DNA from: Negaprion brevirostris
Lineage: Eukaryota
DNA: 64,000 nt
Assembly: GCA_030324005.1 (NCBI GenBank)
Contig: JARDVH010000084.1
Location: 70,465,676 to 70,529,675, forward strand
Direction of reading: 5' to 3'
The notes below the pieces were generated by a model that saw only the letters and a list, made by a program, of their open reading frames with translations, did no database searches and was not told the DNA's origin. Of this stretch, positions 1-13,132 are shown piece by piece. Positions within the stretch are counted from its first letter, which is position 1; the number at the start of each line of letters is the position of its first letter. A program made the translations under genes and the position numbers.

Positions 1-106
1 TCCGTGCCCGAATTGGCCTGATCAGTCATCTTCGGACACACTGCAACCAGCCTCAAAATGACTAATGGTGTTGAGGTTCTCATTAATGACGATGGACGAA
101 TAACAA
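1..106 (+). mobile_element. 3' end of an RTE-clade LINE (ORF C-terminus plus short 3' UTR)
   Basis: The frame from nt 3 reads RARIGLISHLRTH...stop, a typical RTE C-terminal motif. It is followed by a GATGGACGAATAACAA-type tail. Confidence 0.7.
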
Positions 107-1350
107 TCCTAGTCAATATTAGGGTATTGAAACCCCCAACACTTATTGCTGTATTGTTTTTTGCATTTGGAAATGTGTCTACTCATTTATTCTATCTCCC
201 TTTCACTATTTGAGGGTCTGTAGAACGCAGCTCATAGTGTGGCCACCCCTCTTTAATTTCCAAGCTCAACCCATGTGGCTTCAATTAATGCTTTATATAG
301 TATATGATCCCTTCTCGAAGCTGTAATTGATTTTTTTAGCCAATAGTGCTACACTTCCTCGTAATCCTGTCTGAGCACCCAATGTATAGGGATGTTGAGC
401 TGCCAATTTTGCCCTCTTTCCAGCTAAATATAGCAATGATATCATGCTGCCAAGTGGATATCTGTGCCCTCAGCTCATTGGCTATTTTTGCTATACTCTT
501 CGCATTTAAATATATCCCTTTTAACACTGCCAAATTTGTATACTGTGCACTTTTTAATCCATGTTCCTTCACTTGCTGTTTTTCTGTCTCCTGCTCTCTG
601 CTCTGAATTTGCCTTCCTTGAATCTGCCCTCAGGTTCCCATGCCCCAGTCAACCCAGTTTAAACCTCCCAACAGCACTTGCAAATCTCCTTGCAAGGGAC
701 ATTCATCCCAGTCCTGTTCAGGTGTGGACCGTCTGGCTAGTACGGATCCCATCTTCCCCAAGACCGGTCTTGGTGTCCCAGGAATCTGAAGCCCCGACTC
801 CTGCGCCATCTCCCCAGCTGCACAATCATCTGGTGCATTCTCCTACTTCTATGCTCGCCCGCAAATGGCTTTGCGAGTAATCCAGAGAGTATCTTTTGAG
901 ATCTTGCTCACTAGTCTCTTTCATAATTCCCTAAACTCAACCTGCAGGACCTCTTTCCTTTTTCTACTTATATCATTGATACCGATACGATCTCTCAGCT
1001 GTGAACCATCACCCTCCAGAATTCCCTGTTGCCACTCTGTGATATCAATGACCCTGGCGCCAGTGAGGCAGCTTTCCATCCTGGAATCATGGCTATGACT
1101 ACAGAGCACCTGTCTCCTCCCTGAACTAACACATCCCCAATCCCTCTTACCCTCTCCTATCTCCCCTCCTGTACAGATAAGCTACTCATGGAGCCACAAA
1201 TGTGCTCTGACTGCATTACCCTGAGGAACCAGCTCCCTCATTAACCTTCAAAATGGAAAACTGATTAGCAAGTGGGACCTCCTTTACCCTCTGAGCTCTC
1301 TTGTTCCGTCTGGCAGTCACCCATTCTCTCCCTGCCTCCGTGCTCCTAGC
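107..1350 (-). mobile_element. Degenerate CR1-clade LINE, 5' part (ORF1 esterase-like domain and start of ORF2 endonuclease)
   Basis: ORF 921-1109 CLTGARVIDITEWQQGILEGDG...IGINDISRKRKEVLQVEFREL resembles the CR1 ORF1 SGNH-like domain. ORF 336-572 IYLNAKSI..IANEL..I...DIIAI resembles the APE endonuclease N-terminus. Confidence 0.8.
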
Positions 1351-1399
1351 ACGTTCGCCCATAAACCCTTACTTAACTGACATTGATCTGGTTCTCCAA

Positions 1400-1810
1400 A
1401 GTCTTGGTTAAAATTATTACCCTTGTTTCAAAATTCCTTCATGTTCTCAGCCATTTTTCTTTCCATTGTATCCTCCTCCACCCTTACAATACTCCAATCT
1501 GTGAACTGGGCCTTCAACTTTTCTGTGGCTCAATCTGGCTTCTTCTGCAGTGTTTCCTGTCCCCTCACTTTAATTGCTCTAACAGTAGCACTGTAACATA
1601 GGCAGCGAGCACAGAGCCAGTCATTAGAGTTAGCCTGCCTAAATAGCTCCCCATCTCCACTTCATTCCCCTTCTGTAACATTCTGTTTAAAGTCCATCCC
1701 TCTAACTGAGCTTTTGATCATCCTTCCTAATAGTGCTTTGACGCTTTTCTTCTGATGACACTTCTTTGAAACACCTTGTTATTTTCCTCTGTGTTAAAAG
1801 CACTATATTA
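1400..1810 (+). mobile_element. L2-clade LINE 3' fragment
   Basis: AAAATT..CCTTGTTTCAAAATTCCTTCATG...CTTTGAAACACCTTG...TGTTAAAAGCACTATATTAAT is an L2-type 3' end, similar to 61360-61690. Confidence 0.5.
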
Positions 1811-1880
1811 ATAAAACGTGGAAAATGCTGGAAGCACTCAGTGGGTCTGACAACATCTGTGCAGAAAGAAACAGAGTTAT
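1810..1880. repeat. Single arm of a Penelope-derived hairpin repeat family
   Basis: GAAAATGCTGGAAGCACTCAG...CATCTGTGCAGAAAGAAACAGAG; same family as 23705-23815 and 24855-25030. Confidence 0.5.
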
Positions 1881-2569
1881 TAGGTGGAAACTTGTAAAAA
1901 AAACGGTTTAGACCAGTCTTATTTCCCTGTTTTGTTTTCCCTTCTGGTGGTTATCTTGCTGCTGTTGATAGACCTGTGGTATCTCTATACAGAGGGGCCC
2001 ACTGAACCACAAGCCGATCAGGCAGTGGCGAGACACGATCGGGACTTCCCTTGGAATCAAGACCCCATGGGCTGAAGACCTGACCAGAGAGAGCTGCTGG
2101 CCAATCAGAAACTGGCAGTTCTTTCTCCCAGCCGCAACACTGAGGCCATGGCTGGCAGTGGAAGGACACCACCTTGGATCCCAGGATTGCAAAGCACCCA
2201 GACTCTCCTAGACATAATATGGAGGCGAGGACAGGGTTTTCATAAGTTGGACATCATGTGAGGAGGGGGGGCAAAGCAGTCAGAATCATGGGTAGATCCC
2301 ATTAGGGTCTCCCCCTTTCCAATGCCAGTCCATTGATCAGGAACTGAGTGTCTTTGATTGAGGAAGCCCCAACCCCATGAGCACAGATCAGAATTAACAG
2401 CCAACACCAGTGAAGCAGCAGCTATTTCAGGACTAGATACAAGCAGAGAATCTATACCACCACTCCCAGAACCATACTGAAGGAGCACTACAGGTTCAGT
2501 ACTGAGAACTGGTGGAGGTTTCCCAGATGTAGAACCATTTCTAGTTTTCACAGGNNNNNNNNNNNNNNN

Positions 2570-2849
2570 GTGGTTAGCACTGCTGCCTCACAGCACCAAG
2601 GACCTGGGTTCAATTCCAAACTTGGGTGATTGTGGAGTTTGCGCTTTCACCTCGTGTCTGAGTGGGTTCCCTCCCACAGTCCAAAGACATGTGGGTTAGG
2701 TTGATTGGCCATGCTAAATTGACCCTAGTGTCAGGGGAATTAACGGGATAAATGTGTGGGGTTATGGGAAAAGAGCCCCAGGTGGGATTGTGGTCGATAC
2801 AGACTCAATGGGCTGAATGGCCTCCTTCTGTACTGTAGGAATTCTATGA
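2570..2849 (+). mobile_element. HE1-type tRNA-derived V-SINE with CR1 (HER1)-type tail
   Basis: GTGGTTAGCACTGCTGCCTCACAGC head, GGTTCAATTCC B-box, central V-domain (CCCACAGTCCAAAGA...GGCCATGCTAAATT) and GGCTGAATGGCCTCCTTCTGTACTGTAGGAATTCTATGA tail. Confidence 0.85.
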
Positions 2850-4465
2850 ATGTAGGTCAGGACATTATTATTTCAGTTGGAGCTATTGCTGACCACATAA
2901 TAGCGAGGCAGGTAGTCGATGAGACTTCAGCTTCTTGAGAAGAAGTCTTGCAAGCATTTGATTCATATTTCAGAATTCTCAAAAAATTAATCATAGTGCA
3001 AAATTTGACAAGTGAAAACAAAGACAGGTGAGAGCATGGATTCATTCATCAATAGTCTATACAGGCTGGCAGGAAATTGCAACCATGGAATATTGAGGGA
3101 AGGTTTAATCCATGATTGAATAGTAGTTGGGATCTGACAGGAAATTCAATTCAATCACTTGCAGACGAGAGAGGCAGAACAAGACAAACTGAACTCAGAA
3201 ATAAGAATGTTTGTTCATGGAGAAGACAAGTTCCCATGGAAACAAATGAACGAGGCTGTTCATTATGTAGGTCATGAGAGAGAAAGCACATTGAAACAGA
3301 AGCCCATGAAAATGAGGAAAAGTGTGCCAGACACCATCTTGAAATGTTCTGGGTAGTGGGAAAAACCGGCACAAGCGGAATGAATGCCCAACAGAGGGAG
3401 GAGAGTGTCATAACTGTGGAAAAATAGGGCATTTTAAAATTGCCTGTGAACCTAAAACACAGCATGCAAAGCAAGGGGAAAAATTAAAACCAAACCACAT
3501 ACAAAAGTTGGAAGAACCAAGGAAATAACTTTCCTGGTAGAAGTAAATGAAATGGAAAATAATTATAGGAGTATTAAACTTGGCATGGTGGACAATTGTA
3601 GTGTTTAAAATAGATACAGGGGCAGGCGCTTCTGCCTTATCCAACATAATAAAGTGGCTTAAGTACATTACACTACAACCTGCATTAGCAAATTATAGCA
3701 TTCAGGTGGGACTACACTTATAGGTCAACACTTGGCAAAATTGAAATACAAAGATGGAAATATCTTTGAACAACTGTGCATCATTCAGGGTCAAAAATCT
3801 TCTTTGTGAAGCGGGAATACATGCCTGAAATTGAATCTAACCTATAAAGGTGATAGAGTTGCTGATGAGCATTCCAACAATTCATTCTGTAATGAATTTC
3901 TAAGATTATTTACAACTTTGGAAAAATTGAAGACCCAGTACCATATAATCCATGAATCGATGCTAAACCACTTTGTCTCTTTAGCCTGAGAGAAGTTCCT
4001 CCACCTATAGTTAAGCAAAGTCAAGGGTGAAATTGAGAAGATGCTACAGCAAGGAGTAACCATGTTAACAAAATGATGTTGAGGAATAATCATGTACCAA
4101 AGCAAAGTGGCTTAATTCAAATCTATATGGACTTAATGCAACAAAACAAAATGTGAGATTCACCCAAGGGCCTCAGTGAGTGGCAGCCTTGTTAGCTTAG
4201 CCAAAAGTACTCTATTCACCAAATTGGATGCAAACAGGGAATTTTGCCTCTGAACAATGATTCCAGATTGCTGACACTCTTATTTCATTATTTGGTTATT
4301 ATTCCTTTACTAGGTTAGCATTCAGAATTGCATCTGCTCCTAAAATTTTCCAGAGAAAATGCCTCACACTTGAGAGAGCATGATAGGAGTAATAAGCTTT
4401 ATGGATAACACACACACACACACATAGCTTCATGAGTGAAGAGCAAAAGAGTGGAGTTAGAACAG

Positions 4466-4775
4466 TCATAGAATCATAGCATCCCGACAGCGCAGAGGGA
4501 AGAAAGGACATTCGGCCCATTGAGCCTGCACTGACAACAATCCCACCCACACCTTATCCCTGTAACTCCACCCATTTACCCTGCTAATCCTCCTGACGCT
4601 AAGGGACAATTTAGCATGGTCAATCCATCTAACCTGCACATCTTTTGAGTGTGGGAGGAAACCCACGCAGACATGGGGAGAACGTGCAAACTCCACACAG
4701 TCACCTATGGCCCAGATTGAACCCAGGTTCCTGGCACTGTGAGGCAGCAGTGCTACCACTGTGCCACCGTGCCAT
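4466..4775 (-). mobile_element. HE1-type V-SINE (CR1 tail) nested in the Gypsy RT
   Basis: Reverse-complement copy of the 2570 family; the Gypsy RT sequence resumes after it. Confidence 0.85.
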
Positions 4776-6021
4776 CCTGAAAGTCATGTAGAATATAGCT
4801 TAATATTGAATGAAAAATGTGAGTTCACCAAACCAATGATGAAATTTTGAGGTCACATTGTCTCTGGAATAACAGTTGACCCACAGAAAACAAAAGTGAT
4901 CAGCGNNNNNNNNNNNNNNNNNNNNNNNNNNNNNNNNNNNNNNNNNNNNNNNNNNNNNNNNNNNNNNNNNNNNNNNNNNNNNNNNNNNNNNNNNNNNNNN
5001 NNNNNACATAAAACAAAAGTGATCAGCGAATTTCCACGACCCAAGAATGATTCTGAATTTCAGACAAGCTTCACAATGGTCAACCAAGGTGGCAGCTCCT
5101 ATCAAATTTTGCAGATGTCAGTGAGCCTTTGAGACAGCTTTTGGGACAGTTGAAATGATGCTGGAAGGTGGGCTATCAAAACACTTATGGGAAAATCAAA
5201 AAAAATTTAATTTCCTCTAAAATTTTAGAACAACTGACTGTGGTAGCAGCAAATGCATTGTTGACATGTCTGGATACATTATTATTTCAAATACAAGAGA
5301 GGCAGTAAACATAGATCAGTTTATGACCTCAAGATCACTTATGGATACAGAGAAAAGATCTACTGAGAAGAATAAATAAAAGATATACAATTGAGAAAGA
5401 AATACTGGCAACAACATGGGCGCGTTAGAAATTCTCAGACGACGTGCGGGATTCTCCAAATCATCTGTGTTGCAAGTGAGAGCTGTGAATTTGACATTCC
5501 AGCCGAAACTCCATTCATTTTCAGCATTGAAGAATCCTAACCGTGAATGAGGATGGTGGTTTTTGGTCTATGTCTTGGTTTTATGATTCAAAATTGAAGC
5601 AGATCATAAACCACTCATCACTCTTCTGAACATAAAAGAGAGTACGAAGGTCCTCCTAGAATCCAATGGTTAAGATGAAGATTAATGAGATATGACTTCA
5701 TGAAAGATCATATTCATGGAAATCCCCAGCTAACAGCAGATACATTCCCAAGGGTCTCAGTTGAAGGAGTCAATCTGGAAGATTTCATTGAGGAGGTGGG
5801 AGTGTCCACATCTTGCCTACTCAACATTGACCCACTGCTGCAAAGATGTTGTATGAGATAAAACAAGCACAGCAGCAATTTGACAAATACTGTCCGAAAG
5901 GATGGTCAGATTATACTGCTAACAATCCAGTACCACAGCGGAACTTCAAACAGAGAAAGCATCACACAGTTATTGACAATCTCCTGGATTTTAATGACAG
6001 AATAGGCATTCTAAGAACACC

Positions 6022-6357
6022 TCATAGAAGCATGAAATCCTGCAGTGCAAAAGGAGGCCATTCGACCTATTGAGTCTGCACCAACCACAATCCCACCCAG
6101 GCCCTATCCCCATAACCCCATGCATTCACCCTAGCTAGTCCTCCGACACTAAGGGGCAATTTAGCACAGCCAATCCATCTAATCCACACATCTTTGGACT
6201 TTGGACATGGGAGGAACACAGAGCACCCTGAGGAAACCCACACAGACATGAGGAGAATGTCCAAACTCCACATAGACAGTGATCCAAGCCAGGAATTGAA
6301 CCTGAGTCCCTGGCGCTGAGAAGCAGCAGTGCTAACCACTTGCCATCGTGCCACCCC
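6022..6357 (-). mobile_element. HE1-type V-SINE (CR1 tail) nested in the Gypsy integrase N-terminus
   Basis: Full-length reverse copy; the integrase HQGHLG motif follows within ~30 nt. Confidence 0.85.
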
Positions 6358-8387
6358 TTTAGCTTGATACGCTTCAGAGACGTCACCAAGGTCACTTAGG
6401 GATAGCAAAACATCAAGCGAGAGCTCAGTAGTCAGTCTGGGTGGTGAAGTATTACCTGACGTGTGAATTAAGTTATTTCCAATTGTTTTATGTGTGCAGT
6501 GATCAGCTGAAATCAGAAAGAATAACTATTACCTTCTACTTTTGCATCAAGGCGACAGGAGTGCCTGACAATGGATTTATTTGATTTTAAAGACATGATA
6601 TTCCTTATTATCATTGATTATTACTCAAGTGGATTAAAGTGAACAGATTGCACAGCATCACAGTGGAAGCAGTCATCCAATCATGGAAGAGAATTTATAC
6701 AACACATGACATTCCAAATGTTATGATGTCAATGTTGTGCAATTTGTTAATGAATTTTTCTGAAATTTTTACATAGAAATATGATACATTCACATCATCA
6801 TCTCATCTCATTCTCAGCCTCTCGATTTGCCTGAGGATAGAGGTTTGCAAACCATCAAAAACTCGATGAAGAAGCAGATTAAAGATCTTAATTTAGTTCT
6901 TCTGAGTTACTGAACCTCACCATGACAAAATGGTTTCTCAGTTGTTGATGGGCAGGAGATTGAGCATACAACTTCCAGCTCTGCAATAGAAACTAAAACC
7001 TTATCATACCTCGAGTAACCACAAGAGGGTGAAACAGTGTGAGGAAGAACAGAAAGAAAAAAAAAGATTTGTAACATTAACTTCAGACACAGAACCCCAG
7101 ACTTATCGGTGTTGAAGCCCAGGGAGAGAATACGGGTTTGGGACCAGCAGAAAGAAGATATAATATTCAAAAGAGCTTCACAAGTGAGATCATCCAAGAT
7201 TGAGATCATCCAAGATTGAGATGATCCAGGGAACTAGAAGGAGGAACCACAGTGCTTTAATATTCTTGTAAAGAAGCCAATAGAAATTTAGGCTTACTAA
7301 TCAGATGCTGCTGGGGATAAAGAAGGAACAAGACAAAGCTCAGCAGCTTCCCAGGAGAAAAACACTCACACTGACAGAACAGAGAGTGTGGCTTGCACTC
7401 AATCTCAGAAAGAGATCAGAGCAAGATCAGGGACATTGTTCAGGGTACCTCAGAGACTAACTCTGCAGATTCTGAGACTTTGGGAGGAGAGATGTCAGAG
7501 GATATATCTACTTTGGATAAAAACTTGAGGGACAGATGTGGAGTAAACATAGTTTATGTGAAAGCAAATAAAATAGTCTGCATTCAATCTAGAAAGACGT
7601 CTTCTAGAATGCTTCTCGGACCATTTATGGAATGGGTTGTTGCTGTCTGAAGTCTGAAGGCTGCATTAATCATCTGGCCAGTCATATTCAACAGGGAGTA
7701 TCTNNNNNNNNNNGAATTCTTCCAATGTTCCTGCTGTCTACCTTGCACAAGCAGAGAATGTGTGTGAAATTAGTGCTCACGATTCATAGGACTTTTAAAT
7801 GCTGACCCCTGAGATTTTGGTTCTTGAGATTCTCAAGGAGCTTTCTCATGGAGAGATAGTGATTCCTTCCCAGTTCTTCCTTGTTTACTGGTACTCTCTG
7901 ATTCATGTAACCATGCCTCCTCTTTCTCTCAGTAATGTCTTCATCCCAAGTAGGTGAATCTGGCTGATGCTGGACAAATTAAGGTTCCATGCTGAAGTGG
8001 GCGAATCAGATAGGGGAAATATACCTTTTGACATAATAGGCAATGCACTAGATGTTGCTGACTGAAAATGCTCAACATTTGAGGGGACACAAAGGACATT
8101 TATTTTAGAAAAGTGCTCTCTGACCAGAAGATATGACTGAGAAATAGCAGGAGACCACCAGGTGATCAGAATATGTGCAGAGAAATGAAGCATCAGTTGA
8201 ATCAAATTCAATTCTATTTTTAACCTATATTGGACAGCTCTGGTTGATTTACTTTTCTCCTGCAGGAATTGTAGAGATTTTTCCTTGTGCCTATTGTGGG
8301 GATGATGAGGAAATAGATGAGAGGAGGCTGCTGGTGGTGATGCCAGCCATTCTTCTACCCATGGAAATTTTGTTGTCTCTGCTTTTG

Positions 8388-8718
8388 CCACTGGATTGGT
8401 GATCCAGAGACCTAGGGCCTTTGGGAATCCAGGTTCGAATCCCACCATGGCAGATGGTGAAATGTGAATTCATTAAAAATCTGGAGCTAAAAGTCTAATG
8501 ATGAACAAGCAAACATTGTCACTCTAGTTCACTAATGTATTTGAGGGGAGAAATCTGCCTTCCTTACTCAGCCTGACCTACATGTGACTCCACATCCACA
8601 GCAATGTGATTGACTCTTATTTGTCCTCTGAAATGACCTAACAAACCACTCTATTCAAGGGCAATTAGCGATGGGCAATGAATGCTGACCTGGCCAACCC
8701 AGATTGTATGAACAAACA
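8388..8718 (+). mobile_element. Second tRNA-derived SINE family (family B)
   Basis: GGTTCGAATCCC B-box, GGAGAAATCTGCCTTCCTTAC...CATGTGACTCC body and GGGCAATTAGCGATGGGCAATGAATGCTG tail. Same family as 42063-42455 and 58228-58590. Confidence 0.75.
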
Positions 8719-9939
8719 NNNNNNNNNNNNNNNNNNNNNNNNNNNNNNNNNNNNNNNNNNNNNNNNNNNNNNNNNNNNNNNNNNNNNNNNNNNNNNNNNN
8801 NNNNNNNNNNNNNNNNNNTTTCATTCTTTTTGCCAGAGGGGCTATTTCTGTCCATCATTAGTCTGCTTTGTGTGGGCTATGGGCCTTCCTGTGCACCTTC
8901 TTAGCAAGAAGGTGCTAGGAAGGCCCACAGCCCACACAAAGCTGTATCACTTATTTGATCTGATGCTGTGACCTATAACAGGAGTAACAATTGTACTTCT
9001 GAGGTGAAACTTGAGCCTCTGAATTCAAGTATAGCACTTTTTAGTTGAAAAGGCAGGTCAACATGTATGCTGAGTTTTAACCTAAACATGATTGTTGGCC
9101 TTGTAAAAATGGAACTGTGTCTTATGCCAGGCCAACTTATTCAACCTGAAGTATTAAGTGAACACCCAGTTCAATAATTCAAATAGGCCACTGAAAATCC
9201 AGCCAGTTAGCAATCCACCATTCATAAAATAAGGACATCAGTGGCCTCAAGGAGCCAAGTTCGCCATTACAGCCACACCTCAACAAACTTCTTATTGTAC
9301 GCTGCTTGTTGTCAGATTCTGGGTGGAAGAATCACTGCCTGAAATCAAAATTCAAGCACCATCTTATCAGCATAGTACATTAACGACTGTCACAGTCAAA
9401 CTCATGCACTAATCCCAGTTACTTGCTTATCTCATGACTCAGTGGTTTACAAAAAGACTGTGTTAGTGAAGGTTCAAGTTATGTCACAATACTGATCAGA
9501 GAGAATCAGCCTGATTTCCCAACTGCTCAGTGGGAGGGCACCTGATTCATTTTGGTTATGATGTTATCCATTTGATTGAAGCCCGTCTGGATCAATACCC
9601 ATTTTCTTTCACAAAAGCTGGTGCGCTCAATGCAGCCTTTGCCTCAGAGCATCTAAAAATATCGTCGTACCTGCTGTGGTTACAGCACTGTCAGGGGCCA
9701 TTCAGTCTATCAAATCTGTGATGATGCTTGAGTCATTTAGTCTGCCCCTATTTCATTGCTTGCTCTCAATATTACTCAACATTCCCCTTTTTCAAACATT
9801 GATCTCAGTCCCAATTGAACAAAAAATGTGAACACTAATAAAATTGCAGTTCATGATCCAGAATTCCAACTTTCAACCTTTCAATGTGAGAGTTGTTTTT
9901 TTCAGCTATCATTTAATAGATCACCGTTGCTGAATTCTC

Positions 9940-10300
9940 CGCTTTGTCAAGGGGCGATGATTAGACTCTGCCTCATTGGAGAAGGTCAGTGTCTGGCACT
10001 TGTGTGGCATAAATCTTCCTGTCATAAATCATCTCAAGCCTGAATGTTGTCCAGTTCTTGCTGCAGATGGATGTAAATTGCTTCAGTACCTGAAGAGTTG
10101 CCAAAGAAACTGAACTTCATGTAACCATCAGTGAACTTTCCCACTTTTGACCTGGTGATAGTGGGGACAGTCATTGATGAAGAAGCTGAAGATAGTTGGA
10201 TCTAGGCCACAACCCTGAGGAATTCCCACAGTGCTGTCTTGCGACAGAGATGATTGACCGACAACAACCATAACCCTTTTCCATAGTGCTCACTATGATT
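9940..10300 (-). mobile_element. LINE reverse-transcriptase fragment (CR1/L2 group)
   Basis: Minus strand around 10170-10226 reads GIPQG..LDPTIFSFFIND, the RT PQGS.LGP..F..FIND motif. Confidence 0.6.
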
Positions 10301-10539
10301 TGATGTGGAGTTGTCAGCGTTGGACTGGGGTAAACACAGTAAGTAGTCTCACAACGCCAGGTTAAAGTCCAACTGGTTTATTTAGTGGCACGAGCTTTCA
10401 GAGTCTTCAGTTGAATAAGGAGTTGTGTTCACAAACAGGGCATAGATAGACACAAACTCAAGTTACAAAATAATGGTTGGAATGCGAGTCTTTACAGGTA
10501 ATCAAATCTTAAAGGTACAGACAATGTGAGTGGAGAGAG
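10301..10539 (-). mobile_element. Penelope-like element pseudo-LTR fragment
   Basis: Near-identical to 13140-13325 (AGTCTCACAACGCCAGGTTAAAGTCCAAC...GGTACAGACAATGTGAGTGGAGAGAG); runs into an N gap. Confidence 0.75.
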
Positions 10540-10639
10540 NNNNNNNNNNNNNNNNNNNNNNNNNNNNNNNNNNNNNNNNNNNNNNNNNNNNNNNNNNNNN
10601 NNNNNNNNNNNNNNNNNNNNNNNNNNNNNNNNNNNNNNN

Positions 10640-10897
10640 TTCTCTCTTCCACCTTCTTTTGTCAGGAAAAGGATACAAAAGTCTGAGGTCACATACCAAC
10701 CAACACAAGAACAGCTTCTTCCCTGCTGCCATCAGGCTTTTGAATGGACCTACCTTGCATGAAGTTAGTCTTTCTCTACACCCTATGACTATAACACTAC
10801 ATACTGCACTCCCTCCTTTCTTCTCTATGAACAGTATGTTTTGTCTGTATAGTATGCAAGAAATAATACTTTCACTGTATACTAATGTGTGGTAAAA
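10640..10897 (+). mobile_element. Rex1/Babar-like LINE 3' end
   Basis: LFHLLLSGKGYKSLRSHTNQHKNSFFPAAIRLLN matches the Rex1-type ORF C-terminus; a 3' UTR follows. Confidence 0.75.
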
Positions 10898-13132
10898 ATA
10901 AATGGACACAGCTGACACAGTTGCTGTGGGGAAATTATGGAATTTGAATTTTTGCTGAGTTGGATGCAGAATAAACTTGAAGGTAAAACACAAACACTTA
11001 ACAGTTAATGTTAACATCTGCATCATCTCAATATCCAACAGAGAACCAAAGTAAAAGAATTTTAAGGATAAACACAAGAAAATAGTAATTTATAATTATC
11101 TTTAGCTCCTCTTTATTCACAGGGACAAGAAGTATTAATCATTAAAAACGAACACACAATCCACGTGAAACAGGTTATTTCGTGAGACAAGGCTTAGAGA
11201 CCCCACAATTACCTGGCGAGATGCTAAGGTACTTTTACCTTTTTTATTCCAGAAACCCAATTAAATACAACTTTAATAAAATGCTGGAATTATTTTGTAC
11301 AGCTTTTAGTGCAGCCGAATAAGTCACACGGACATTGCCCAGTAATGCAAACCTTCACTACAAGCCAGCTGGACCTCCCATCACACAGCTTCCTGAACAC
11401 TGACAGAGGTCACAACTGCTGATCTGCCCTATTCATAAGCATCAGGAAGCTGTGCTGTCTTAGGCAAACACAGTAATGAATCATCATCGTGTCGGAAATT
11501 AGCCTAACACACACACAGTTTAAAATACAACTGCAGTTCGTATTTTTGAATCTGAACTTTCATAAAGCTGTATTTACTAAACACCCCAGAAATGAAAAAA
11601 AAATCTGATTATAGAGACACAGAACCTGTACTAATTTAAGCATGAAGAAAAAGAATCATTTGATCGTTAAGTAACCTAGCAAGAGCATCAATTTTCACAA
11701 CAGAGAAATCTAATCCGGAATGAAGAGTTGTTTCCATTGCAGCAGCTGCACATGCATACAGGCTTAAAGCAGCAGTCCTTGTGTGGGACGTGTAGTCAAA
11801 AGCAGGACCTTTATTTTGTAAGCATGAGTTTGGTTTAGTTAAAAACAATGGAGCAGTGTACTTGTACTGTCATGTTTTCCATCGATGCTTCTTTTTCATG
11901 TGTTCACTGTAATTTGTTTAAGAAGTTAACCTTGCACCATATAAAGCAATGGTTCTTAGTCATCTCAACGTCAGCGGAATCAAAGACAATGAGACACCCA
12001 GTGCTTATGTTTTGTAACAGTACATATCAAAACATAATTATTGCAGTATAATACACTGCAGAATTATATCTTATACCAGATCAAAACTGAAATTGCTCAG
12101 CCTGTAAACGATCATCATTACAAAATACTGCAGAAACGTACAACTTCACAGGGTTAAGCTGCCACTAGATCAATGTGGCCAATTTCATTTTAACAACACA
12201 CATTAAGCACAAACTAAAATTCAGCAGATTACATTCCATTACCTCTGCTAAGAATCCTAGCCAAGCTGAAAAGTGCAGCAAATCATAAACAGCCATAATT
12301 CCAGGGAGATAAACCTTCTCAGCTAGTAAATCCAAACCTTGCTTTCAATGTATTTCACACAGCAAGGAAGTAATCTGCACAGGGTAGGGTCTAAATAGCA
12401 AAGAGAGATTTCAATCCCCACCTGCCATGCCAGGGAGCTGCACAATGCATTTCTCAAAGTGACAGTTCAGTCTGAGTTCAGAGGCAAATAACCAAAGGTA
12501 ATCTGTTCAATAAGACCAGGCAGAAGGTCCACCGCTGATCCAATTACTTAATCGGCAGTTCATGAACGACGCACAAAGGGCCATTCCGGTCTCAGCTTCC
12601 GAATGCAGACAATAAATGTTCAAATGGAGAGGTGAAGAGGTAGACAACGCTCCGCATGTTGTAGTAATGCACAGGCTCTCTCATTCTCAAACCCTGGAGA
12701 CTTGGAAATGAAGCAGACTGCCTCCCCCTGCTGTGCAGGGCATCAGGACAAACCTAACAAATGTAAATCAAGCACGTCAAGTAAGACAGAACGTGTACAG
12801 AGTACCATCTAGGAGCCTAATTTGGAACGTTTCACGTGTCAAACCATGGCTCAAATAATTAAGGAGCAGTGAAATCAACCCAGCATTTTAACATTTCAAA
12901 ACAGCCAAATTTAACAAAACAGTTTTAATTCAAGTCAAGAAGTGGATAAAACCACAAGACCAGCTTAGATGAAGAAAGCTTTTCAGTTCGTACAAGCTCT
13001 GCTTCCGACTCACCATCCACCCTCTGCAACTTAAACATGCTGACAGGAGATTGGTCACTCCCCAGAAGGGTGGTGTTTCTGACAGTTCAGCGTTCAATTG
13101 CAATTCATAGTCCGTAAGCTGGCAAGAGGCTC

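Larger units (their letters stand above)
2855..7260 (+). mobile_element. Degenerate Ty3/Gypsy LTR retrotransposon internal region (gag-PR-RT-RH-IN), interrupted by two SINEs, a small insert and a (CA)n run
   Basis: Motifs occur in Gypsy order: zinc knuckle CHNCGKIGHFKIAC (3406-3447), protease FKIDTGA (3604-3624), RT FTKLDAN (~4215) and RLAFRIASAPKIFQR (~4312), RNase H IEKE.LA..WA (~5390) and FKIEADHKPL (~5587), integrase HQGHLGI (~6384), MDLFDFK (~6572) and IIDYYS (~6610). Many stops and frameshifts. Confidence 0.88.

Noticed and set aside
4887-5028. Direct repeat AAAACAAAAGTGATCAGCG on both sides of a 100-N gap
   Set aside because: Typical overlap of contig ends at a scaffolding gap.
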